A stretch of 64,000 bases of DNA from Lingula anatina. Its lineage: Eukaryota > Animalia > Brachiopoda. Positions 1 through 11,881 of this stretch are shown here, piece by piece. The stretch spans positions 57,204,788-57,268,787 of the forward strand of contig CM120640.1 in NCBI GenBank assembly GCA_051362555.1, read 5' to 3'. Positions within the stretch are counted from its first letter, which is position 1. Each line of letters starts with the position of its first letter. The position numbers and the translations under genes are program-made. A model generated the notes under the pieces. That model made no database searches. It was not told where the DNA came from and saw only the letters and a list, made by a program, of their open reading frames with translations.

Positions 1-1729
1 CGTGAACTACACACATAGCTAATTTAATTAGTCTCATTTAATATTCTCGTGACCAGGTCATTTAGTCATCTATGGAAATCTCCACTATTTATGGTAAGTC
101 CCTGAGCCAAATCTGAATGGGTAAACAAAACTGCACGCTAACTTTTGTTTCTGAAGGAAACGAAACAGGATTGGGCCATAGCATCTCTGATTACATGCTC
201 AGATGACAGGATTTATTTACACATTGTTTTTTTTTTTTTTTTGGAAAGCAGAGTGTATTTCAGGTTTTTGAATCCCAAAATTGAACTATTTGTATAGTTA
301 AAGTCTATGGGAGATTATACTTTGTACTGAAGTTGAAAATGTAAATGATGGTAATGCACAACAACCCGTTTTCTTCACCCATCAAAATTTGCCACAAAGA
401 GCAATTTTGTTTTTACTCTGGTGTATGTGCCGTAAATGATCCCTGAGATGGCTAAAAACATGACAATTCTATTCTGACAGCTTTCTTTTCCGTAAGGCAC
501 AGCTGCAAAACAGAGTTGTATGTCTGTGTACCAGATTATAGTGTTGTTTTAATGTCATATTTGGCTATGAATTAAAAAGTTTAAAATACACAGCAATTGG
601 AAGAACGTTCACAAAACTGTTTGTTATAATAAGGCAAATCCATCCCCTTTCGCATGAAAGCACCCCATTGTGATCCAACACATAAGAATATTTTGACAGA
701 CTTACAAAGATGATGACCCATTGCTGTTACCCAGTGTTGTGGACACGCAGATATACCCCAGTATAAAGGAATTTTTATCATAAACCCAAAAAACTGTGGT
801 GCTTTCAAATTGAAATATAAAGTAATTTGGTGGTCACGTATTAAGTGACCATGCATGGGATTTCATTTGAAAAAAAAAAAAATTGCATAGTGCTTCAAGG
901 CAAAGAATAAGCTATCCTTCACCAGCCTATGTCTGAAAATTGTCTCTGTATGATATTTAAGTGATATATGAGCTAGGTAAGACAGATGAGAAAAGAACTG
1001 CAATGATCTCTCAGCTTATTAATTGAACAGCATCACCGATCTTTCAAAACCATGATCTTTGACTACTAGTACTTTTCCTGTACCAGGAGTTGATTTTAAT
1101 GCCAGTAGCAGGATGTTAATCATCAGTGATGGTGGGATGTTACCTTCTCAGTATCCTTGTTTCCTCAGAACTGCCCGTAGGCTTTCATTTCCTGCTTTTT
1201 CTTTTTGAATAGTAGCAGGTGCAATGGTCTGAAACTGGAATTCATTCTGAAGAAGCTGTGTTCAGAAAATGACAATATTTTAGATTAGAAATATGTCTAA
1301 CATGTGTCAGTTGACACCCAAATCACACAGAGTATTGCAAGTTGGGCTGATTTAAAGTCTGAAGTAGTCCTGTGTGATCATGCCTTTACAGTTAATTTTC
1401 ATACTGGAAATAAGGTGTCAGGCTCCTTGTGTTTCGTGCCAAGATTACTTATAGTCACTTTGGCATATTCCCTCGTGGTTATCAATTATCCACTGATTTA
1501 TGTATTGTTTCTTGGTCATTAGCAAGGGTTATCCAGGAGCATCCATATTTTTCAGTGCTTGTAGAGAAAAAATCTTTAAAATATGTAAAGCATTGCACCT
1601 GCTCAATTTCATGGTTACATATAAAAAGATTTTGGTGAAGACCAATTCGTCTGGATAGAATTTAGTGTAGGAAATGGATGTCATTCTTAGGTGCATAGTC
1701 TGTGGTAAGCATTTTTCTTCTTGCCCCTT

Positions 1730-1730
1730 A

Positions 1731-1761
<31 letters not shown>

Positions 1762-1770
1762 ACACACACA
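1730..1770. repeat. poly-C followed by (CA)n
   Basis: Directly visible. Confidence 0.9.
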
Positions 1771-2194
1771 TGCACACATGCACTAACTCTTTATTTGGTT
1801 TCATTTTTATCTCTTTTATTTTCTCTATACATAAGGGCCATTCAAGCTGACAATTTCTAATTAATGCAACCTGCTTTTCCTCCTTGCTGGGCATATTAGC
1901 CAAAAATTTAATGCATTTTCTTTTCATGGAAATATTTCTTGACACATGTAAATTAAATATTTTGTCCAGAATAACAATCATCACAACTCAAACTCCTGCC
2001 ATGTTATTACTTTATAGTGAGAACAATAATGTGCATGCTCAAGAAGAAGTATGCACAATTGATGAAAGGCTATCACTGCTGGCGTTGGTGTGAATGCAAA
2101 GAAAGTGGGTTTTTTTTGACTGAGATTCTATTGGTGTTAACTAGACTGCAGTTTAATGTACATATGTGTGTATGGTTTGAAACTTATTTCTGAA

Positions 2195-2545
2195 TAATGA
2201 GATCCCTGGGAGAAATGGTTGGAAGTAGCATTTGTCCACTGATATTAACTAGCTAGTTCATTTTAGCTGCTCATTTGCCAAGATAGCTTTTAAGGTAGCT
2301 TTTAAGCTTTTGAGAAAGGGTAACATCAGGGTAACATCATAACAAATTTATTTAAATATTTATTCATTATTCATTTTTTGTTTCATTTAATGATCCCATT
2401 AGAAGTGGTTGTAAGTGGCATATGTTCACTGATAGTAATGGCTAGTTCATTTAGCTGCTCATTTGCCAAGATACCCGGTAGCTTTTAAGTTAAATGAATT
2501 GGTAGTTCAGAAGGACATCATAACAAATTTATTATGTGTTTATTA
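2195..2545. repeat. Imperfect tandem duplication, period about 190 bp
   Basis: gctagttcattt.agctgctcatttgccaagata and catcataacaaattta each occur twice. Confidence 0.75.
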
Positions 2546-5260
2546 TTTTATTATAACATGATTGATAATAGTTAATCAGTTTGAAATTATAATTGGGTTA
2601 GATGTACACTACTGGTAGGTAGCTGCAAATGCATCACAAATAGTGCAGCAAAAGTGAGGCTTAAAGCTGTCCAAAATAAAATTTTTCATTGAAAAATGTT
2701 TACTTTATGTATCTTTCTGGAGTGAACAGCGTTTTTTCTCTGATTAACCTATCTTTGGTTCTCCTTTCCTGACACTGGCCATAACTCTGGAACAATCTGA
2801 GTAAATAAAAAGGTTCCCAAGAGTGGATTTGTCAAAGTCTGGAAGGCAATAATTTAAGCAAGCGGTAAACTAACCATTGTTGGTAAAAAATTTTGAAAGC
2901 AGTAATTTAATCAAGAGGTAAACCAACTCTGTCAGGAATGGATGGCCACTGTAGGAAAATTGGAGTAACTGTTGAAAATGACTTAAGCCAGAATTTCCTT
3001 CAAACCTACATGTATCTAGGTTTGTGAATTGCTGGCATCTTTGTGATTTTTTCCTTCAATAAGACCTGTTCCAGCCAATTTTTCCAGCAACTCTTTTCTC
3101 AGAACATGTTCCACAAAACAATCTGCTCAGCTTTATTTTAAAAACTGATATTTTTCATAGGTTGGCAAATGGTTTACCTTGTCCTTTATTTCCAGGTTAC
3201 ATAAGTCAGCTTAAAGAAAAAAATACTCAGTCACTCTAAAAGAAGCTGGATCAGCCTGAAGTGTAGACAGGACTTGGATATTTTTAAGTCTAGCAATATA
3301 TTGCCATGGGAACTCAAATAATCAAGGATCATTGCTTTTTATTACTTACATTTGTTCGGAAGTGAAAGTTTAATGTTATGAAGTGGTATGACCAGACTGC
3401 CCTTTTTAATTTCCATTAAAACCCATGGTCTTATGGCCTTTGCTTTATGATGCTTCTTTAGGATGCAGTGAATGCCATTTGAGGAACTTTGATGGGAAAT
3501 TTGAGGTGGATGATTGTCCATGGAAATTGAATTTGCACAGCCTCATTGATTCAGCTGTCTTGTCATGATAAAAAGTTTTCTTAGTGAGAGATAATTTCCA
3601 TTTAGCTTTTCTTGACTGCCCCAAGGTGACCTTAATGAAAATACTACGTTATTGGAGAATGTAGTAAATAGGAAATATTTCCTTTCCTACAGCTAGTTAT
3701 GATAATCTGTAGCATAAGCTGTATTTGGGATAGGAACTTTTTTTTTATAGCTTTTGTACTTAAACAGTTGAAGAAGTGGATTATAATGAATGTTATTTCT
3801 TTGCAATTTATGTATATCATATATTATAAGATTCTCATCAAGTGTGCATAAAAATCCCACACATATATATTAATTTTTAGTTTCTTCCTGCATCTGATTT
3901 ATAAAAGTTCAGCTTATTTTAGCCCTGATATGAATGTTCACAATCAAATATTTTTGTTGCTTATAAATCCTCCTTTAACTGGAATAATCCTATGTTTAGT
4001 CAAAAGGGTTCACATTTATTGACTAATTTGGAGGAAAAATCAACAGTTATGTTATCAGTATGAGTTATGATTTGTCCCATCATAATCAACATCAGACTTA
4101 ATTTACATATATATATGCATGTACCCTGATGCCTGGCATCAACATGGGCTTAGGGTGGGAAATGGCATTTATTGCAGTATGAAATAACAAATGGATTTGA
4201 CTGATGTGGGTTGAGTCTGACATCATATTCCAAGATCATGTGGTTGCTAATATACATTTGGTACAAATGTACTGGGAACACAATGAAATTTTGCCTGATT
4301 ATATATTCTATAAAACTATAATGGCTGACAGAAAATTATTGATGTATCATATAATTGCTTCAATGGAAGTCCTGTCTAAGAGTAGACAAACGACGAAATT
4401 GTGAATATATAGCACATGCGTGCATACTGGCACATACACGTACATACACTCAATCATACATGCACACACACACAGATACGTCTGCTTGCATGTGCACACT
4501 CATGACACACATAACACACATGATATATTGACACCCTAGAAAAAGGTCATGATAGTATAATTGTACTCTGTCAACCATAGAAAAACAGAATTTGATACTA
4601 TTAATGGGAATAATGTGTTAAGCTTCATGCCTGATCATTGATTGAGCCCACTGTGATCCCAGCCAGGTGTAATGTTACATCAGAAGCATGCCTCACCTAA
4701 TGCAATTCCCAAAGTTCTTATCATCATCTAGACACCCGCAGTGAAGTAATTGCTTGAACGTTTTTGAAACAAAAAGAAATAACTTTAGGTTAATGGGCTG
4801 ATGCAATATATTTCTTTTTAACAATAATGGAAAACAGGACAAAAAGAAGCCTTGTCTTTGGACTGATATCTGTGATATGTTGGATGGGGGATGCAACACC
4901 TTTAATACAAAGAATTTGACATCACAGATAAAGATTGATGAAATGACTTTTGTGTTAATTATATACAATTTAAAAGAAAGACATTAATGATTATGATGTC
5001 ACTTTATCTTTACTGAACATCAGAATTTGGGGTAATAATAACACTTCCAACTTTATTTTGACTTGCAAAGACACTTTCTGTATCAAAATATTAAACCTTT
5101 TTTCTAGAAATTTGAAGATATCTTTCATCATACCTCTTAAGTGTAGACACTAGTATAACTGGAATTAAGGTTTGATGTAGTTCCTTGTGACAAGGTGTAT
5201 GTATGCAGTACTCGAGCTTTACTCTAAAAAGAATAGGCTACATTTATGTTACTATTACGG

Positions 5261-5433
5261 TACCCTCTACCAGGGCGACTGATAGATTTTTACAGATATT
5301 CACAGATATGTCTCTAGCTAGATAGATTGTCATTTTAACTCTAAGTGACTTAGAGTTAAAATGACAATCTATCTAGCTAGAGACATATCTGTGAATATCC
5401 GTAAAAATCTATCAGTCGCCCTGTTAGAGGGTA
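5261..5433. mobile_element. Fully palindromic MITE with 9-bp TSD (Mutator/MULE-like)
   Basis: 86-bp arms (2 mismatches) around a single G at 5347; termini TACCCTCTA..; TSD CTATTACGG at 5252-5260 and 5434-5442. Confidence 0.85.
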
Positions 5434-6962
5434 CTATTACGGTACCTACCAGTACACTCCCTCTCAGATTCATATTACTGCTGCTGCTGGTTTTGAGCCA
5501 TTTAAATAGGCTCTCAAGATCTGCTTTGATCTTGGATGAAAGAGTAATTTACAGTAGCCGACAGTGTTTGCTATACTTATGATTCCAGGATTTCAGTTTT
5601 CTAGCTCTTAATTTCTTCTTTGTTTCATTTGACACCCAAATTACATACTTTCATTGATTTTGGGATTTAGAAACCAGGGTAGTGCCATATTTCTTTTTTC
5701 AATCCTCACCATATGTGACTTTCAGCATCAGATTGGATTATATCTTTAGTCTGTTAATTGTGCTTTGGGGCTGATAGATGGTGGGCATGTTATAAATTTA
5801 TTCATTAATTGGTGGAGATTAAAAAAACATCACTTACACTCCAACCTTGAGCAGCTAGTCTTAATAATGAACAAGCTTGTAGATTCTGATATTGTGAGGT
5901 TTACTGAAATAGAATGTTTTAAGTGATAATTTTTTTTAAATATTGAAATTTTATTATAACAATAAAGAAGAATATATTCTCCAGAAAAAAAAATATGTCA
6001 ATATTGTTGATTTATAAAAAAAAGTAAGTGTGCAGAACTGTTTTCCAGTGTGATATATGTGACAGAATTTGTTGCCACATTGACCTTTGAGACATTCATA
6101 CCTAAACATTTATATTATGTCTTCATGATAAATACCATTTTGTAAAAACAGTGCTGTCAAGGGAGATTGTTTTCTCTCAGTCTGAAACCTGTAAATCACT
6201 CTTGTTAAAAAAATGATCACTGCAGAAAAGCAGATTTCCTATGACATAATTAAGTATCATTATTTTTCCAATATATTTTGAGGTGTTTGGCCTCAGGTTT
6301 CTTGTTTACTTGGAAGAACTAATGACCACTGCTCTTGCTCAACCAGGTATGTACTCTAAGGTAGTGAATAATTCATGATTATATATTACTTGGGGAACCT
6401 GCTAAACCAACTACTATTACATGGGGAACCCACTAAGCCAACTACTGACTAACTTAAAATACAGGTTATTAAAGATAACCATATTATACTGGGGGTTACT
6501 TATAGTTCAAACAGCATGGACTAATTGAATTAATAATGCCCCAAGAAGTCATTGGAAAGGGGAGCAAGTTTTAAGGATTTTAGGCTTAAGCGTGGGTTTT
6601 GCCATAGTGCTTGGCAATATATAAGCTGAACATGTGTAGTTAATAAAAGTAATATACCTACTATGGTGTGTAACTTCAATGTAAAGGAGGTGTAGGGGCA
6701 TCACTTGAAATTCCATCTACTCGTTACAGTGACATGAACATTCTCAATATTGTATAGGCTGGATTGTAGATGACGGCAGCACGTGATTTATGTGGCTCTG
6801 AAGGAGTAATATAAAAAAGTTCAGATGTCAAAAACACTACAACTGATTCAGAAACCACTAGAACTGATTCAGGTGTAGTTGCAGATATCAACAATAAATC
6901 TACATCAGTATCTATAAACTCTAGCATCAAGGTCGTAACTATAGAGGAGGACATCACACAAT

Positions 6963-7558
6963 ATGGAAACAGAGCCTTCAATTAGCAAAGAGACAGAAAT
7001 TTTGCAAGATAAAGTACCATATACCATACAAACTCAACATAGTTATATTACAGAGCCAGGGGATGAGCAGTCATATTCTCAAAATGGTGACCAAAATGCA
7101 GAATCAGAAATGAAATCAGTGGAGCTTACAGTAGAACAGGAAAAAGTTGAAGTGTTACATCCAGCTGAGACACAGGGTCCACTAGTTACAGCAGGTGAAA
7201 CACAGGTTCAATCAAAGACTAGAGTGAAAGGAGTTCTCTCCAGTGATACCTGTCCTGCCATCTTGAAGGATTCACAGCTCGGCTATCCAGACTATCCTTC
7301 TGATCGTGACAAAGAACAAAGAGGAAACATGGCAGGTCCCTCTACTGCCAGTGATGTTGACAACAATCTGACAGAACAAGATGAAGTGGGGTGGTCAAAG
7401 CAGATGACTGACACTGTGACTGGGCCTGACATAGAAAGACCTGTGGAAGAGAAAGTGGTGGAAGAGCTGGCATTGCTCAAGAATTTAAGACGGGCACCAG
7501 TTTCTCCAAAGATAATTAAGCATAAGGGAAGAGTTGGAAGGCTTCACAAATTAGAAAG
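6963..7558 (+). CDS. TP53I11: TP53I11 long-isoform N-terminal coding exon (acidic, low-complexity, METEPSIS...GRLHKLE[R])
   Basis: Longest ORF in the window (199 codons), with more balanced composition than its flanks. It ends in a consensus donor AG|GTAAGT at 7558/7559 in phase 2, in frame with the acceptor at 45238. Confidence 0.75.
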
Positions 7559-10500
7559 GTAAGTGGAGGTCTTACAGTAGATTTATCTTATCAGGCCATG
7601 GGAAAGACATATTTTGCTTCCATGTGGAGTGTTTTGAACCATTTATTGAACAGCAAAACAAACATTAGCTTAGTGATAAGCTTTAAATTATAGAAAAGCA
7701 GCAATTTTCTCAAAAGATTTGCATGTGGCACCAATATAAATAAATAAATAGAATACAATAAAATAAAACGAACAATACCTGAAGCTACCCATGCATAGCT
7801 CTCTAATTCTCCCCATTACTTTTCAACTTCTTACATCAAAACACTTAAATTTTGCTCATAATTAGAGCGATTGTTACATGCACTCCTTCCCTTGTGTTCT
7901 CTCTTTGTAACAAGCCCAGACAAAATGACTAAATTGGTTAAAAAGTGCTTATTTTGAGAAAATCTGCTTTTTTCCAAAATGGAAAAATGCTAGGTGTAAT
8001 ATATGCATGGGATGGTAGTTGGGGAAATTTTACAATTGACCCCAGGAAAACCCTAATGATCAAAAATACCCACACTGTATTGGTCATTTCCTGGTTTGAT
8101 TGTGCAGGGTATTGGTGTGAATTTGCGTGTAAACAATGCGATACCTGTGAAGGCAGATATCGTTCTAGATGACTGGTCAGTCTTTTTAGAACTAACTTGG
8201 TAAATTAAAAATGGGATAAGACGTGAAATCCACATGCAGGAACGGATCAAGCAATGATTCATGAGTTGGAAAAAATTGCCCTTTTCTCAAGAAAAATCCA
8301 TTTTGGCAGGTAAATCTTGTGGAGAGTACCTTCAACTGACCTACACTAACCTTAAAGCAACTTGTGAAAGGAAGCAAAACTCCCTGCAATTTAATACCTT
8401 AAAAATACTATATAAATATACTATATAATTCTTTAAAAAATACTACATAAATATTTTAAAAGGAAATACATGGTTTTATGACAACAAAAATTCTATGTAG
8501 GTCTTTTTAACAATGAAGACTTTTGTGTCAGTTTCAAACATGCATGTACCAATAATAAATACAGATATAAGTCACCAATACTTTATATGAACAAGAAGTT
8601 TTTAGAGAAAATTTTTTAATTAAAAAAAGTAATATTTTATATATAAATTAAAGTGGATCATGAATTTGCTTTAATGCAAAATGTGTTTGTCACTGCTCTT
8701 TGTCATTGCAATATTGCAAAAACATCATAGTGGTTGCTTCATAAACAAATTGAGCACTGGCTGTCACTTATGATGGAGCTATGACTTGGTTCATCCATTA
8801 GGTTAACTTTAATCTTGATTGTGTAGGACCATGTAGCAGGAAAGTGCATCTCCCTTGCTGTATAGTGAAACTAATATAAAGAGCAGTTTCAGCTTAATTA
8901 TTAATCATGATACAGTAGGTAAAATTGTCTACAGTTTGCTTATAAATCTTCACAGCCAACAATACATCACCATCTTATGTCATAACCTCTATCATGGATT
9001 CTAGAAAGTTCATGCATCTATGAATTTTTGCATATTGAGAAGATTTTTTTGTATGAATGATTCAGCAATATTGATTTGGTCTGTTCAGTTTTCCTTGGTT
9101 TATGTAGCTGCAAAAGTCATTCTAGGTTATTTAGACCTCGTTAATGTGCACAGAGGTATTAAACTGATTAGATGTGTCAACAAAATCTATCACCTAGGCT
9201 GGCTAGTACCCTCTACCAGGGTGGCAAATATTACAGGGAACATTTGAAAAAAGCCACCCTGTGACTTTTGGCCAGATGGAAGCAATTAAATTTGCACACA
9301 TGCAGATGGCATTGTACCCGCTCTGTAGGGAGTTATTACAGGAGATTCCTCAGTTAATTTCAATCTGAAGAAACAAACTATTCAGAAAGGGTTATTTTAT
9401 TTGTCACAAAAGAGCAAGTGATTAAAATAAGAGCAATTAACTGTCTTGATTGCTGTCAAGAGGACTTGGTTTGGGCATGTTAAGTGACAGTGCCTGAACA
9501 GTAATGCAAACAATTACCAATCTGTCGCAAACAATCAATCTGTCACCCTGGTAGAGGGTAGCTGGCTAGGAAGGGGGGATAGATGGGATCTTAAGCAAAA
9601 ATGAAATCAAAAGATTTTCCTGTACTTCAGTAGATCTTGTGACAACCAACAAAGTGCTGTCGGTTCCAAAGTAGGTACTTATTGAAATATCTTTAAAAGA
9701 TCGATAACTTTTTCCTGTTAAAGATAATAAGAAATTTTCATATGAAGCAAGCGAAGATTCCCTGTAATGCATAAATTGCATATGAATCACAACTGCCATT
9801 TTCTTCTTTGGCTCGAATAAAGTCCAAAAGTATTAATAGAATTAATCAATCATGCAGTCAGCCACCCCCTCAAAAAAGACAAGTTTTTAAAGTGCAACTT
9901 AATCAAATGTCTCTGTCCTAAATTTAACCCATTTATCCATCCCTCCAGTCCATAAAAGTCTGCCAACTAACTATACGTATGGTGGCATTTGACTGGGTTT
10001 AGTGGCAATGATTTGACATGGGAAATTGCTTCAAATGCATCTTTAAATAATCTTGTGAAGTCTCATGATGTTATTATCTATTGTTTGAGAAAAAGAGAAA
10101 TTTGAGCAACCTTTTTTTATGTACAGACACTGATTGGTCTGTCCGTGCCATCGCTGTTGCTGTCCGACACATGACATTCGCCGCATATCTGCCAAACTAT
10201 ATTTTTGTCTTACTTTAAATTTACTGATTGACTTTGTTTAGTAAAGAAGCAGGTTACTTTCGAAAATTGGCATGACATCCCCAGAAATGCACTGCATGAC
10301 GTCACGCCTAGCCCACTGCGCATGCGTGCATTTTCAGTGAGTTTCTAGGAAAATGAATGGGTTCGCGATTCGTGGGTAATTCGTGAGAATTGACAAACTA
10401 ACGGCATGATGCCGATAGACAGAAACGCTGTGCTATGCTTCAAGCAACTCCTGACCAAATATCGCTAGGGTTTTTTAAAAAATTCTGTTGTACACACGTA

Positions 10501-11835
10501 CTTAGAAGTTTGCCGTATATTGCCTAGCTTACCCTCAGCAAAATGCAAATATTTTCAGTAATAGTGATTTTAGACGGTAAATTCACTCAGAAACAAAGGC
10601 AAATTAATTCGTTGCGGATAGCACCAGCAGATAGCAGCACCATATAGAGTCTGATGAAAAACTTTCATGGCAATTGAAGATTTTTTACCACGTACTGTAC
10701 AATGGAGTCCCAAAAGAGGACTTGGCACAAATGTAATACTGCCCAGTGCAAGGTCAAGAATTCAATCAGTATTTTCAATCATATTATCAGATTCTACATA
10801 AATTGACTGACCATATCACTACTTAGTATTTAACTAATCACTTAATCCAAAATTCCTATCATCATTTAATAATTATGCAAAATTCTTCTTTCAGATTGCT
10901 ATTTATTTAAATTTTTAATGCTGCAACTGTTCCAAAATAATCTTGTAGTAAAGGAAAAATGCAAATAAGAAGTGGAAATCCAATTGTACCCACATTATTC
11001 AATTATTTGAATATAAAAAGAATAAGATCACTATTTAACAAATTAAAATAATCTTTCATGAACTCTTTCACGAATAACATATTAAACAAAAATAAAAGTT
11101 ATAAATCAGTGGTAATGGCTTATTCTGGAATATATGGCTGTATTCCCAGAGCTTTTAGATTGATCTATCCCCGCGGGGAGTCTCACTAGATTACTGTCAG
11201 ATAATCCGGCTTAAATGTCCGTCCCGCCTACTACAAGTTGTAAGGGGGTAATTAACTTTCGTGTCCGCCCGGCTGACAGCTATTTAGCGTGAACCCCCAG
11301 GGAGTTAGGTCGATCTAAAGTAGATCGATCTAATCTCTGGAAATGGGGTCTATGACCTCTGCACATCATCAGTACCTGACTTGGTACAGTATAGTTACTA
11401 CGTGGATACAGAGTTAGATTTAATAATGTAACAATAAGAACAATATATATTATAATAATAAACTTCTCTGCACATATCAGGCGCTTGTTACCATGAACCA
11501 TGGACATAATAAGACATCTTATTATGTCCATGCATGAACTAACACTACTTGACAATGGGCTGAGCACTTATCACAGAGTCTGTGTGCGATGCGCTTCTTG
11601 TGCTGTGATTGGTTAGTTGAGTCACGTGAAGCCCTACTGTTGCGCCCTCGCGTATCGCGTGAATGCTGCACATTTCTGGCCATGTCAGTTTACAAAGGGT
11701 GACAAGGGTTTCATCCTTGTTTTTATAATTATGTTTAAACATGTATTAAGGGCATGCCTGGGTGTTTGACTTGTATTAAATTTAATTGGGATTTTTAATT
11801 ATTTAGAGTTTTAGTGTTTGAATATTTTATTTTCT

Positions 11836-11881
<46 letters not shown>

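Noticed and set aside
1529-1984. 151-aa - strand ORF
   Set aside because: Kept open by (TG)n and poly-G simple repeats; no homology or splice support.
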